Assembly (NCBI RefSeq): GCF_020745735.1
Contig: NC_083401.1
Span: 167,266,018 to 167,330,017 of the forward strand
Direction of reading: 5' to 3'
Length of the DNA stretch: 64,000 bases
From: Hemiscyllium ocellatum
Taxonomy: Eukaryota
This document shows, one piece after another, positions 11,231 through 24,973 of the stretch. The position numbers and the translations under genes were made by a program. How positions within the stretch are numbered: position 1 is the first letter of the stretch; each line of letters begins with the position of its first letter. A model generated the notes under the pieces. That model was given only the letters and a program-made list of their open reading frames with translations. It had not been told where the DNA came from and searched no databases.

Positions 11231-12109
11231 ATGCTAGGACTAGTAGGACTAACCCATTGTCCATTACCAACTGGGGGATCTTAAGTGACTCATTAATGGC
11301 CTCAGTAGCTCCTGCTAACTCAGCCCTGGCAACATTGAGTACACTTCAACCCATGGCCTCTTCCACGCACTCACTTTGATTTTCAGTTCCAGTAATAATT
11401 GCCACTGTGGACAGGAGACTGTTCCAGTATGCAGATGGGATAAGTTGTTGTGAGCTATAAGGTACTTCTATAGGAGGGACATCCTGCAGGCGTGTTTTTA
11501 GGAGTCAGAAGGAGTTCTCCCACATACTGCAGGACTCACCTACTACTAATAAAATGCCAACATTGGTGGGAACAGACTCTGCATTGACTATCTGAGTGGC
11601 CATCCTTTCCTTAATTTGAGATCAATAAAATACTGTGGAGATGGAAATATGAGAAGCACTGAAACTCCTTCCTTCCCTTGTCATCTTCCACCCTATTTTC
11701 AACCTAATGACCTTGCAGCCTGCCCCTACAGGGCTAATAGAACCCATTCCCGTTCCAATATTCAAGAACATGAAGGGCTGCTAAACTGGTCAAAATTGTT
11801 TAGGTTCACCAAAAATAGTCTTGCCATGACTGTCGAATTCCAAACTGTGACTCGGGATGAGTTGAATAAAAAATGGCAGAAGTACATAAACAAACACTTC
11901 CATCCACCAGAAACAAATTTCTATGAATGGTAACGGGTGTCTGCTATTTGGAATGGAGCAGTGCATTTGAAAGTTAATGAGGAGCAGTAATGTTTTGTGT
12001 TGGAAGTGTGCACAGTTTGATGCTGTTTGCTGATTCAGTTTTGCTAAAGTTTTGACAGATACATTCCAATTAGAATCAATTAAATCTGCTAAAGTGGGCA
12101 TTACATACT

Positions 12110-13158
12110 CATATTTATGAGATACTTTAACTGGAAAAGGATTCACTGGATACCAAACAGGAGGAGGTTGTTGGCATGTATCATGGGTCCACTGCTTTTC
12201 GTCATTTATATAAATGATTTGGATGTGAGCTTAAGAGGTGTAGATAATAACTTGACAGATGACACCAAAGTTGGAGATGTAGTGGACAGCGAAGAAGATT
12301 ACCTCAGATTACAATGGGATCTTAATCAGATGGGAGAATGGGCTGAGCAGTGGCAGATGGAGGTTAACTTAGATAATTGCGAGGTGCAGCATTGTGGGAG
12401 TGTAAATCTTAGCAGGACTTGCACACTTAATGGTAAGGACCTGTGGAGTGTTGCTGAACATAGAGACCTTGGAGTGTAACTCCTTGAAAGTGGAGTTGCA
12501 GGTAGGTAGGATAGTGAAGAAGGCGTTTGGTATGCTTTCCTTTATTGGTCAGCCTATTGAGTACAGGACTTGGGAGGTCATGTTGTGGCAGTACAAGACA
12601 TTGGTTAGGCCACTTATGGAATATTGCATGCAATTCTGGTCTCCTTCCTATCGGAAAGATGTTGCAAAACTTGCAAGGGTTCAGAAAAGATTTACAAGCA
12701 TGTTGCCAAGGTTGGAGGATTTGAGATATAGGTAGAGGTTGACTAGACTGGGGCTGTTTTCCCTGGAGTGTTGGAAGCTGAGGGGTGACCTTACAGAGGT
12801 TCTTAAAATCATGAGGAGCATGGATCAGATAAATAGACAAAGTCTTTCCCCTGGGGTGGGGGATTCCAGAACTAGAGGACATAGGTTTAGGGTGAGAGGG
12901 GAACGATATAAAAGAGACCCATGGGGCAACGTTTTAATGCAGAGGGTTTTCCGTGTATGGAATGAGCTGCCAGAGGAAGTGGTGGAGGCCAGTACAATTG
13001 CAACATTTGAAAGGCGTTTGGATGGGTATATGAAAAGAAAGGGTTTTGAGGGATATGGGCCGGATGCTGGCAGGTGGGACTGGGTTGGGATATTTGGTCG
13101 GCATGGACAAGTTGGACCGAAGGGTCTGTTTCTATGCTGTAAATGTTCATGACTCTAT
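12110..13158 (+). mobile_element. CR1 3' portion (RT C-terminus to tail)
   Basis: ORF remnants GPLLFVIYINDLD...DDTKVG and RPLMEYCMQFWSP. Tail ATGACTCTATG. Confidence 0.92.
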
Positions 13159-13299
13159 GTGTCGGAACAGTTAGGAACACTGACCACAAATGTGAAACAG
13201 GCTTTTGAGCAAGCTTTCAAAGAGAGAGAACGAATGGCAGAGGGTATCTGGAAGTTTATCAATGCAGTACAGCTAATTAAGAGGGGTTGGGGGGGTGGG

Positions 13300-13855
13300 G
13301 AGGTCGATCATAGACATGGACAAAAGGCATAAAATCAGAGAACCAAAGAACAGAGTGCATATATAAAGGGTACAAAGAGAGCGAGGATCAAGGCCTTGAA
13401 GAGTTTCATGATGGACATAAGTAGGACAAACAGGAAGAAAGTTAGCCACCAGAATGCATGAACACCAGCTAGCCACAAAAAGACACGACCCTCTCTCCCT
13501 CATAGCCCTACACACGGAGGAAAAAAAAACACACCATTTCGACTGGGACAACACATCTATCCTGGAACAGGCTAAGCAAAGACATGCCAAAGAATTCCTA
13601 AAGGCCTGGCACTTCAACCACAATGCCATAAACAAACATATAGATCTAGGTACCATCAATCAACCCCTCAGAAAATGAACAGGAAATGACATCACCACAA
13701 ACCCCAGGAACCCCATCCAGGAGAAAGATATAAATAGAAAGCAGGAGACAACAGCTTTGTTTCACTTGGAGGTCGCTACTGATGATGTTACCTAGCCAGG
13801 TAATGAAACGTCTGCATATCAAACCTACAGCTCAGCAAGCAAACCTACACCATAA
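13300..13855 (+). mobile_element. Penelope-like element family 3, 3' fragment (GIY-YIG C-terminus plus hammerhead)
   Basis: Reads ...GQTGRKLATRMHEHQLATKRHDPLSL...FDWDNTSILEQ. Hammerhead core at 13779-13812. Confidence 0.8.
13775..13815 (+). ncRNA. Minimal type I hammerhead ribozyme motif (family 3; weak stem I)
   Basis: CTGATGA T GTTACC TAGCCA GGTAAT GAAA CGTC: core, stem II and a GUC site are present, but stem I is only about 2 bp. Confidence 0.6.
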
Positions 13856-14730
13856 GTTTAAATTCAATATATTAGTTGACAGTGAGCCAGTTAAGCTCTC
13901 ATTCCTTTTTCTATAAGCACAAATTTAAGTTTACCAGTCTTGTCCAGGCCAGCATTAAATGGGATTTTTCTTGCCCTGTACACATCTGCTAATTTCAGAA
14001 GATATCTTAGTTTTGTGAATGGAATAGAATGTACTCTCCACAGTTTCAGCAATTCATTAAGTAGCAGTTAACAGAAATAAACAACTTTCCAAAGCTATCT
14101 TCCAGCAGCCAGACTGATACAATATTCAAAGAGGATCAGCATGAACAAAATGGGCTTGTCAGGGGTTAAATCATTTCAAATTCTAAAACTAGATTCTACT
14201 TCAATCATTTCAGCTGCATGTTGGACACTCCATTAGCAAAACATTCTCATATTCAAACAGTTGTTTGGAAATACAGAAATTGAATATTGCTGTAAACTAG
14301 GAACATGTTTTTTTCATTGTGTTTGTCTTACATTCATCAGGATAGCTGCAAGAATTTCGACATAAAGGGAAACAATATTTTACACTGCAAAATAAAAGAG
14401 TTCTGATGGTTGGAAAGTGCATTATGATTGATCGAGATGTTACCAATGGAAAATGGACTGGTCGGAAGGTGACGAACAGTTCACAGCTAAACGTTGTCAA
14501 ATTTTCAATTGGCAGGTTGACTGACTAGACAAGGTATTACCCTGCCAAATGGATCAGAGAATGGCAATCACCAATTTAGTTGAATCAAAACAAGCTGCAC
14601 AAGGCTTGTCAGTTAACTGCCAATCATCACCAAGTACATGCTCCATGCCTTTACCAATCAGCACTCATTACCCATACAGATTGAATGCTTTCTCCATTTC
14701 CAGTGGTATTCTTGAGAGTGTCCTGATAAG

Positions 14731-14856
14731 AGCTGAAAATGTGTTGCTGGTTAAAGCGCAGCAGGTCAGGCAGCATCCAAGGAACAGGAAATTTAACGTT
14801 TCGGGCAAAAGCCCTTCATCAGGAATGAGGAAAGTGTGTCCACCAGGCTAAGATAA
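14731..14856 (-). mobile_element. Short Penelope-like 3'-terminal insertion with 17-bp TSD
   Basis: GAGAGTGTCCTGATAAG at 14714-14730 and 14857-14873. Hammerhead-like motif at 14791-14826 with an altered cleavage site. Confidence 0.88.
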
Positions 14857-16810
14857 GAGAGTGTCCTGATAAGTACAAGACTAAAGACTTAAATAAAAAC
14901 TCTATTTTCATCAATACTCAAATTTCCATGATGTACCAGCTGGCAGAGTTGCAACGTAACTCTTAAGTATTTGGCCGACAATGAGCTGGTAGAGTTCTGC
15001 ACTGGTCTCAGAGAAAAACCAGCGACAAAATCCTTGTGGAGAGAGAGGAATGGCAATACTTTGCCTTTGATCTTATCCAGCAAGAATTGCAAAGCCATTG
15101 AGGAACAGAAATAAGTAGAAGCAAACCATACAAACAGCACAGTATTATTTAAAGGGACAGAGAGAAATTCTGTATGAGCAGAAATATTAAATGTTATTTT
15201 GGATATTGAATGTGACATTAAAAAACATGTGTGTGATAACGACAGTTTGAACATCTAGCCGTCATTGGTTTGCAGCAATTGAAGAGTTAGTCATTCTATA
15301 ATGAGCCCTGCTCAGTTCCTGCACCAGTATATGACCATAGATTCAGATCTTTCTTTAAACACAGATATCAGCATGAAGTTACACAGTGGCAGGAGCATGG
15401 CTATCCTCTGTGCAGCATGAAAGAGATCTCAAACCCATTGGCTCTTTAATAAAGTAGTCGGGCAAATATGAGGGAAATGTAAATAAAGGAACCGCTATCA
15501 AGATTTCATCCAATTCGATAGTAACTTATACCTGATCACCAAATTCAGCTGCCACATGTTGAAAGGATACAAGAAGCCCCATAAGGAAATACTCCAGCTT
15601 TCACTATGTCACATTATCCCAAGAGAGCTTTGTGGTTGCCTTCCAGCAGACATTATATTTTCCCCAACCCACACAGGTTTGACAGAGAAGCTTTGGTTCT
15701 GGCCACAGATCAGAGCTGAATAGTGCAGAACCACATCATAATTCATTTCAAGAAGCTATGTCAGTGGATGTTTGGGGTCGCAGTGCCTCTGTATTCTGAG
15801 CTTCAGCTTCAATCGCTCCCTGTTCCCTGTTTTTTTCTGATAAGTTGCAGTTCCAGTCCATTTGCATTTCATCATTGTCCCAGGTTATAAAAGTTTCGGT
15901 GTCAGTGAGTGCATTAGTATAGCACATTGGGTAAATCAGCACTGGCTCCACTGAAAAGGCTTTTAAATGCCAAGGTTCGTAGAATGCCACGTATTCTTCC
16001 CTGTTAAAATATGTAATAACAATTAACAACATTATATATGATCTGTTATATTTTCCATTACAGACCTCAATGAATCTACCTCACGGGATACAGAAATTCA
16101 CCAATGTCAGTAAAACCCTCTTAAAATTTGGACAAAGCTCCTGCCCAGTCTATTGACTTAACAGAATAAATTCCACACAATAATGCAACAAAGAAAAGCA
16201 GATTGAAGTCAAATGATGCGCAGGTTTGATAGAAAGCAAAACTCCCTCTACCCTATCAGGAAACCAAGTAGAAAGGTTGTGCATTTATCTAACATCCTAT
16301 TGCAATCTCAGAGTATCCTAAACATCCATTTGCAGATCTCTGAAAGAACTGCAGAACTGCTGGGGCCACTGTCAACTACATGCTATCAAACCCTGAGATT
16401 CACATAAGGAAATATCGCATGGACCCATGTAACAGTTTAAAATGTGTGTTTAATATCTCTGCTCGAGTAACTAACAAAATCGTTTTGAGGTATGGACAGA
16501 GAACGAGAATAGGCCACTTGGCCCTTTGAGCCCCTTTCACCATTCAATAAGATCCTGACTGACCTTATTTTAACAAATATATAAAATATTCAGATGACAA
16601 CATCCCATAGCAGCTTCTCTCATTCACTCATTTTAGAATATTCCATTACACATCTATTCTAATCTGGAGAATAATTTTCCTGCTGTTAATCACTGGTCCA
16701 CACTGTACTCCTCTCCTCATTCTCGAATTGAAGGAGCCCATAATTCATGGTTCTTTACCTCTGCCTATTCTTTAGGCACGATAAAATCGATTGGTACAGA
16801 CTGTTTGTAA

Positions 16811-17118
16811 TTAGGTTAGATTACTTACAGTGTGGAAACAGGCCCTTCGGCCCAACAAGTCCACACCGACCCGCCGAAGCGCAACCCACCCATATCCTTA
16901 CATTTACCCTTTACCTAACACTACGGACAATTTTAGCATGGCCAATTCACCTGACCCGCACATCTTTGGATTGTGGGAGGAAACCGGAGCACCCGGAGGA
17001 AACCCACGCAGACACGGGGAGAACGTGCAAACTCCACACAGCTAGTCGCCTGAGTCGGGAATTGAACCCGGGTCTCAGGCGCTGTGAGGCAGCAGTGCTA
17101 ACCACTGTGCCACTGTGT
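16811..17118 (-). mobile_element. HE1-type SINE, full length
   Basis: tRNA-like head with A box (TGGTTAGCAC) and B box (GGTTCAATTCC) on the minus strand, conserved body, and TAATCTAA tail. Confidence 0.92.
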
Positions 17119-19983
17119 GCTGGTACTTGACACAATGAGAACTATTGAAATATTTGAATCCTCTCCTTTGGTGAAGAACATGATTTGTTTTAATGTTTTA
17201 AAACTGGTTCAATTCATTTTATATTTGCATTGTTGGCATTTTAGCTTGATCCATATATTAGTACAAAGTGAAATTTTACAATACCGAGCTTTATCTCATT
17301 CTCCTTTGGTGGAAGTTGAAAAGGATTGTTTTATTACAGCAAAAAGTGAAGAGAATGAAGAATGAACAACAAATTTGAGCAATAATACATGCAGGTTCTG
17401 ACAAAGCCAATTTGCAATCAGAGATGCACTACATAACAACTAAGCAGTTTTGATCATGTAGTCACATGTCAGAAACATGATATTGAATTTGTGAGGCATG
17501 AGAAAAGCAGCAAGGAGTTGATGACCAAATCATCTGCTTATCAAAATTGAGTGAAAAATATTGGCCAGGGCACCAGGTGTAATCTCTTCACTTTAATTCA
17601 AAAGAATAAGTGTCCCTTTATTTCACCTGAGACGGCAGAATGGCCTCATACACGTTTGATTTGCAGAATTCTATCAAGATTTTTGACCAACATTTCAGTT
17701 TTCCACAAAAGATTTCTCACTCTGCACTCAGTTTCCAAAGTTTGATTGCTGCTCTCAATGTAGACTTACAGACAATTTATAGACTTTCTTCAATTAAAAT
17801 AACATAATTCCACCCACCACATTCAGAAATTTCGACATTCTAAACATTGTTGTAGGGTCCTCCAAACTCCACACAAAGCCTCGAAGGCAGTCACTGACAC
17901 TGTTTATCTTTAATTGTGATGCCCCATCACTATCCTAACCCACTCACTGCATGTTTTAAACTTTGTACTGTACTGGGCTGAGATCACTTCCGTATTATGA
18001 AAAATTAAGCAAAAATGTGTTGTCACCTGTTTCTGCATTATGCTTTGTGGGTATGTTGTATTCACTTCTGTCCCGAGCCAATAGTGGGGTATTTCATCAG
18101 GATTCGTACCTTCATTTGGGATCGGGGTATTGAGAGGGGATGGGGGCACAAAAGAGGAGACGACTGAAGGACTGTTTTGTCTTGTTGTAAATAAACAAGT
18201 TCTTTACAGGATGTTATCAAGAAGAGCAACAGGACCTAAATTGTGGCACCCGTGTGTCTGCAGGAAGGTTCTATAAAAGGAAATAACTGACCAACGCAGT
18301 TACAAATTCACCTTCAAGAAAATGGAATCGGAACTAAATACTGGAGAATTCGAATGCAAGTTGCAGGCTGAGGTATCCACAATTTCTTTCCATTTTGAGT
18401 TTTAGAACAGTTGTGTGCTGTGAGTGAATTCTTGTTCAGAACATTAGTCAATGTAAAGATTGCTGTGAATGTTCTGACAGCAATAAGGGGGCACAATGCT
18501 TTGTGAGTCCTTTGGATCCCTTGTTCATGCCAATCCGCATTTAGCAACTGACGAGTGAATGCTGCAAGGCACCCAAAAACGATGTCACATTATTTCACTG
18601 ATGAGGGTTGGAAGAGTTTAGACTGTACTGTAAACATATAACTTTATACAAATGTTAACATGTTGAGCTGCATTATGAGACACACCTTCAGCAGGTGGGA
18701 CATGTACCTCTGGCCCAACGTGAGGGACACTGCCACGACACCACAAGACTCTGCCATATCTGTCTTTATGGAGGGCTTCAAGTCTAATTACTTTTAATGA
18801 CATCATTCAGACATATTATGACACATCACTGCGACAGATAGAATTTGAAACTGGACCTTTCAGGCAGGAGGTCGGGGCATTATCACTGCTTCAGTGTGTA
18901 GGATAAGGTCTTCCAGAATACTTTAAAAAAAGAAAAAAATGGGAGCTTTTCTGATGAAATTGGTTGAAAAATAAAGCCCAGGTCTACAGAGCTTTACCTA
19001 CAGAGGGGGCAGTCAAACAGGTAAATTAATGTCCCCAATGACAAAAGCCCTACTGTTCCTTACTGAGGGGCAGATGGGGGTTCTCGGTTCACAACCGAAG
19101 ACCTGAGAGACTTTTCCAGACAGCTAGCTTCAGTGATGCATTGCCAGAATGATTAAAGCAAAAATTACTCAATTGTAGAACCTTCTCTATCATCACCATT
19201 AAACAAAAATGATGCTCTTATTTATGCTCACTTGTCCAGGAGGATATCTAACACTCATTCAGTGCTTGCTTATGCTTTGCATGTTGCAAGGAATGTGTAG
19301 GTGTAGAAAAAAATCCTTGTTCATGAAAATGGTTATTGCATTTTCTACAAGTTTTTCTAAGGTCCTAGAGTTAAGGATTTGGACTTTGAGGGTTTTGACA
19401 GTGAGATATGGAGGAAGCTCATCTCCTGCTACCTACAGAGAGTACAAATTTTAAAAAGTCTATATAATGCAGGAACAACTTTCATTGTATAGATCTTTGA
19501 CATGACAGAACCATTTCACAATACTCCAGTTACATCATCATTTGGACATTGACTCCAAGCCCCATGAACCTAATATAAGGAGAGATCAAAAATGCTTGAT
19601 CGGGGAATCTAGTTTTGAGGAGTGTGACGAAGTTGTTCCATTACCAAGGTTATGTTGCCCTTGGATTTTTTTTTCAGAGACATTGTAAAAGGCACAGTCT
19701 CCGGAAAGTCTGATTTGAAAGGTTTCAGGGCCAGTTTAATTATAGCTAACAGACACTGCCTCAGTAAAAAGGCTTTCAAGTTTTTGAAAATAAACATTTA
19801 TACAATGAAAGGAGATTGGTCAGTTCTCCCAACTCAGCTTTCTCTGGTTTGGTTTAGTGTTTAGCAGTGGTAAAAGCTGCCGGACCAAAGAAACAGCATC
19901 ATGCTGATCTCTGTGTGACTTCTCCTTTGTAAGGTTAAAAATCACACAACACCAGGTTATAGTCCAACAGGTTTATTTGAAAG

Positions 19984-20018
19984 CACTAGCTTTCGGAGCA
20001 CTGCTCCTTCATCAGGTG
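19984..20018 (-). ncRNA. Minimal type I hammerhead ribozyme motif (family 2, apparently intact)
   Basis: Minus strand CAC CTGATGA A GGAGC AGT GCTCC GAA AGCT A GTG: stem I CAC/GTG, stem II GGAGC/GCTCC, palindromic stem III AGCT, CUA site. Confidence 0.8.
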
Positions 20019-21844
20019 GTTGTGGAGAATAAGATCATGAGCACAGAATTTATAGCCAAAAGAGTACAGTGTCACGGAGATATGATACATTAAACAATTT
20101 TAGATTAAATATTCCATCTTTTATAATGGGATATGCTGGTTTGTGCTCTTTAATATGTAAATCTCAGAACATTGTTTAAATTACATTCTCAAGCGAACTC
20201 AGCTTTTCTAACAACAGGTGTGGAGTCTGCCTGTGTCCCAATGTTCAATCATACTGACAAACCCTCTGCATAGTTTTACAGAGTTTCACACAGCGTTGTG
20301 GGATTTATGCAACTTTTAAGCAAAATTAAATGCAATTCTGCAAAAATAAACAAATTCACCCCACAAACTTTTATGTGTATGCGTGTAGGGGTGACAGAGT
20401 GAGTGTGCGTGTGAGCGTGTTCATGTTGATGTGAGTACATATGACAGAGAGTGTGTGTATATGTGCGTGTCTGTAAGCCTGTTTACGTGTGCATGAAAGT
20501 AACAGGGTATATGAAAGTGAGATAGTACGTGTGTGGGTGCGTGTGGGGCTGTACTACTTGTGCATATGAGAAGACAGCTTTTGGATGAGAAAGGATCTGC
20601 ATGGGTGTGTGAGTATGTAGGTGTGTATGTGTGCATGTATTTGTGTGTGTGCGCGTGTGATAAAGTGTATCATACAATGGGGTCACCTGTACTATGACTT
20701 GAACCCAAGGTCCCACTTGAGGCCATTCCCATAGGTACCAAACTTGGTCATCAGCTTCTGCTCAACCACTCTGTGTATTTGCTGGTTCCAAAGTCCGACT
20801 TGGTCAGCAGAAGGTCTGATGCCGAATGTCCTTGGCTGCTGAAGTGTTCTGATTGGGAAGGAACACTTCTGCCTGATGATTGTTGCACAGTGTCCATTCA
20901 TCCATTGTCGTAGCGTCTGCTTGATCTCACCAATATACCATGCCTCAGAGCATTCTTGTCTGCAATGTATGAAATAGACCATGTTGGCCGAGTCACATGA
21001 GTACTTCCACGTACATGGTGGGAGGTGTCCCCACGTGTAATGGTGTTACCCATGTCGCCACTCTAACACGTCGTGCACTGGATGCTGCAATAGGGTTGTA
21101 CGGCATTGTCATTATGAAGGCTGGGCAGTTTGCTAAGAGCAATGATCTGTTTGAGGTTTGGTGGTTGTTTAAAGGTGAGACGTTGAGGCATGGGAAAGGT
21201 CTTGGGTGAGGTGCCCTTCCTCACATATAATGCATTGCAGGCTGCAAAGCACATGGCATAGTCATTTGGCTCCCAAGAGGTACTGGATAACAAAAGGTAC
21301 CCTATTGGTTTCAGCCTGTGAATGTCTCCTGAGAAGGTAATTCCAGTTTCTTGCTGTGGCACATCGGAACTGGCCTTTGATGAGTTGCGTATCATATCCC
21401 GTTCTTATGAGGGCATCCTTGAGTACTTTCAAGTGTCTATCATGTTCCTCCTCATCTGAACAGATCCTGTGTCTGCACAGGGCTTGTCCATCGGGGATGA
21501 CTGTTTCAATGTGTTTAGGGTGGAAGCTAGAGAAGTGTAGCACCATGAGGTTATCCGTGAGTTTGTGGTAGACTGAGGTACTGAGGTGCCCATCCTTGAT
21601 GGAAGTGTGTGCATTCAATAACGAAACAGATAATAAAGAGTAGTGCATGGTAAGTCTGATGGTGGCATGAAACTCATTGATATCACTGTGTAATTGTTTC
21701 AGTGACTCCTCATCATGTGTCCATAGGAAGCAAATGTCGTCAATATATCTGGTGTATAGTGTTGGTTGGAGATCATGTGGAGAAAAGAAGTCTTGTTCGA
21801 ACTTGTGCATTAAAATGTTGGCATATTGGGGTGAAAATTTGGTC

Positions 21845-22016
21845 TGGGAGAAAGTGAGGACTGCAGATGCCGGAGATCAGAGTCGAGAGCGTGGTCCTGG
21901 AAAAAACATAACAGGTCAGGCAGCATCCGAGGAGCAGGAGAGTCGACGTTTGAACATAGGCCCTTCATTAGTTTGCAGCCTGACCTGCCATGCTTTTCAA
22001 GCATCACACTCTCGAC
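21845..22016 (-). mobile_element. Short family-1 Penelope 3'-terminal insertion nested in the family-2 PLE, with inverted partial copy
   Basis: GGAGAAAGTGAGGACTGCAGATGC terminus at 21847, decayed hammerhead at 21941-21971 and inverted piece at 21975-22017. Imperfect TSD TGAAAATTTGGTC / TGCAAATTTGGCC. Confidence 0.8.
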
Positions 22017-22489
22017 TGCAAATTTGGCCCCCATGGCTGTCCCATGTGTGTGGATGAAGAACTGGTTGTCACAAGTGAAAACCTTGCAGTCAATGATGAA
22101 GCAGTTGAGTTGTATGACGGTGCTCGGGAGATTGGTAGTTATTGATGTTGAGTACTGAGTTTGTTGTCACGATGCTTTCATTGTGGGGGATGCTGGTATA
22201 GAGTGCTGAAACATCCATTGTGTTGTGGAATGTTCCCGGTTCAACTGGGCTGTAGGTGCTGAGTTTCTGTAAGAAATCAGTGACAGTGTCGCAACAGAAG
22301 CTGGGGCTCCCCTGTACAATGAGTTTTAAGATGTCTTCAACACAACCAGAGAGGTTCTCACGCAAAGTCCCATTGCCTGATACGATGGGACGTCCAGGTG
22401 TACTGCCTTTGTATATTTTTGGAAGGCAGGAGAAGTCACCTATGTGGGAAGTATGTGGGATGAGGGTGCGTAGGGAACTCTGACAGACA

Positions 22490-22720
22490 CTGGGTTTGAT
22501 TTTACCTTTTGTGCCAAAGGGTGTTCATGGGAATTTTAGCATGTAAATAGAAAAGTAGCATTAAGTTGAGATAATCTGTTGAGTTTTTGGATAGGTTGTC
22601 AATCTGTATTATATTCTCTTTCATTTGTGTTTCTTTCAATAATCTAGTAATAAATTCTGTTTTGTTTAGAACTAAATGACTTGACCAGCTGCATCTCTCC
22701 TGGAATAAACTGTCTTGGAG
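22490..22720 (+). mobile_element. Possible LTR-retrotransposon LTR fragment
   Basis: AT-rich segment with AATAAA followed by a U5-like stretch, lying between two PLEs. Recognised only by general appearance. Confidence 0.35.
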
Positions 22721-24127
22721 GGTATTTGATACGAGGACAACGGATGAATGGACACATTGCAATAATCATCAGACAGGGGCTTTCTCTCCCAGTCAAGGAA
22801 CACTTGAGTGGTCAGCAACATTCGGATCTTCGAGTAACCATCCTCCAAGGCGGACTTCGAGATACGCACCAACATAGACTGGCTGAGCAGACTCTGATAG
22901 CTAAATTTGGTACCCATGAGGATGGCCTCAACCGGGACCTTAGGTTCATGTCACACGACAGGTGACTCCACTACACTATACACATACACTCTCTCTTTCT
23001 CTCTCTCTCTCACACACACGCACACACACTTTTGCACACAGTCACGCAAAACCCTGTCTCATACACATGCTCTCTATCATACACACACAGACACATACAC
23101 ACACTCTCACATACTCATGCAAAAGCCTGTCTCATACACACACTCACTATCATACACACACAGACACACACACACGCTTACATACTGACACACTCATGCA
23201 AAACCCTGTCTCATACATATGCTCTCTATCATACACACATGCACACAATGAGCTCTCACACACACGCACACACGTGCACACACACACTCGTACATACTCA
23301 CACACCCATGCAGACCCTGTTTCATACATGCACACGGACACTCACACATGCGCACATATCCACACTCTTACATACTCACACACTCACGCAAACCCTGTCT
23401 CATACACATGCTCTCTATCATACACACACACACACAAACACATACACACACACACACATCAACAGCCCCCACATTCACACTCACGCACACTCCCTCTCAC
23501 AGGCTCATACTCCATCACGCTCACACATACACTTTACCAAGCATGCCCACATGCAAACACACATGTTCGCAAGTTCACTCATACTCTGATGCACGCACTC
23601 ACACTCACTCTTTCTCATACAAGTCTTTGAGGTGAATATCCATTTGCAGAATTATATTTGTAAATGCATTCTACTTGGCTCAAAAAGTGCACAATCTGTA
23701 GGCAGTCAATGCAAGCAGTCAACCCAAGTAATATTTTACAAATTCCACTTTGGGAATAGAAAAGTCTGATTCAAGATTTGGGTACAGAGAGGCTCCGACC
23801 TCACCCGATTAATGTGTTGTTCGAGCTGAAGTGTCACCTTTTTACATAAAACCATAAGTTATCTCGAGAAAGTATCTTAAAAGAAGTTCTGGGATTTACA
23901 TATTAATGAAACAAATCCTGCCACACATTCTAAAAAGATGAAAGACTTAATAGCAATATAGGTTTCTTCAATATATCCTATCAGTTGCATGACAACGGAA
24001 TCTTTGCAATAAATTCTGTGTTTAATGGTCCTGCTCCACAGCTACCTGATGAAGTAGCATTGCTCCGAACTCTTGTGCTTCCAAATAAACCTGTTGGACT
24101 ATAACCTGGTGTGGTATGGTTTTTAAC
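22720..24127 (+). mobile_element. Penelope-like element family 2, 3' fragment
   Basis: GIY-YIG C-terminus (RMNGH...RVTILQGGLRD...RLAEQTLIAKFGTHEDGLNRDL), about 650-bp CA-rich tract at 22965-23620, and terminal AAATAAACCTGTTGGACTATAACCTGGTG. Decayed hammerhead at 24043-24077. Confidence 0.88.
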
Positions 24128-24973
24128 CACTTCCTATATCAAGATTGCTTCACCAGCTATAGAGAGTGGAAAAAGAAGTAAAAGGTTGCCCAGCACCCTT
24201 CAAGTTCCTTTCCATTTGCTTGGGCTATCAATTCTGCCCCTTGAAGATATCTCAATATAGATCAAGCTACTCAGAATGTGACAGTGTCAAGTGAATTTTG
24301 CTGCACATTAGCTACTATGCGTAAAAGCATTGCATACCCTTCAAAATAATTGAACATCAGGAAACAAACTTTGATTAATTCATCTATTTTAGTTGACAAT
24401 ACCATGAACTGCACAGATAAATCAATGCCTTATGAATTTATTAAGATGTGGCTCCATTTTAATATTTGTTGCATTGTTCTATTAAACTTCAATAACATTG
24501 TCATAAGTGCAAAAGGAGGAGCAAATCGAACTGATTGGCAATGAACTATTTATAAGCAGCTGGACTAGGATCCCAGTGGAACATTGGAAACAGTAATTGG
24601 ATAACAGATATGCAAGTTACTTTGAGGCAAACTCCATGAAATATCATAATGATCACCAAAAAGATCAGCTTCAGCTCAAAATAATCTGAACTGAATCTAA
24701 AGGCAACAAAAGACTTTCCTTACTTAAAAATGAACATCTCCAGTCCCTGTAAATGCTTTGATGACTCAGGAACATTTCATGGACATGTCAATAGCCTGTG
24801 CACTATTGCTCAGCAGACATGCCCAAAATTTGTTTTTGGGTAAATAGTGAAGGAGTTAAACATGACCATAATCATGTATTGAGAATAACTTGTCAACAAG
24901 ACGAATACGAGCCTATTTTCAGCATTTGATAAAGGAGGAAAATCTACACATTTTATTGCTGGGATGCTATATC

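Larger units (their letters stand above)
19930..22490 (-). mobile_element. Penelope-like element family 2, 5'-truncated (RT, GIY-YIG, CA-rich 3' region, hammerhead)
   Basis: Minus-strand remnants MDVSALYTSIPH, RYIDDICFLWTH (RT YxDD) and VYFIHC...WYIGEIKQTLRQ (GIY-YIG). Terminal repeat with hammerhead at 19984-20018. Confidence 0.9.

Noticed and set aside
14340-16030. Possibly coding-like decayed sequence (ORFs 14889-15254 and 15748-16032; a VLGDD motif on the minus strand)
   Set aside because: All frames contain multiple stops and no family could be recognised. A lone GDD is not evidence for a viral RdRp. A tBLASTx hit would be needed.
17990-18260. LTR plus primer-binding site (AATAAA followed by TGGCACCCG)
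   Set aside because: The putative PBS does not match an 18-nt tRNA 3' end that could be identified, and no second LTR or gag/pol follows.
18593-18625. CTGATGAG as another hammerhead
   Set aside because: No stem II followed by GAAA and no cleavage triplet in the right geometry.
22962-23635. His/Thr-rich ORFs of 185-222 aa
   Set aside because: These are translations of the CA-rich tract inside a Penelope 3' region.
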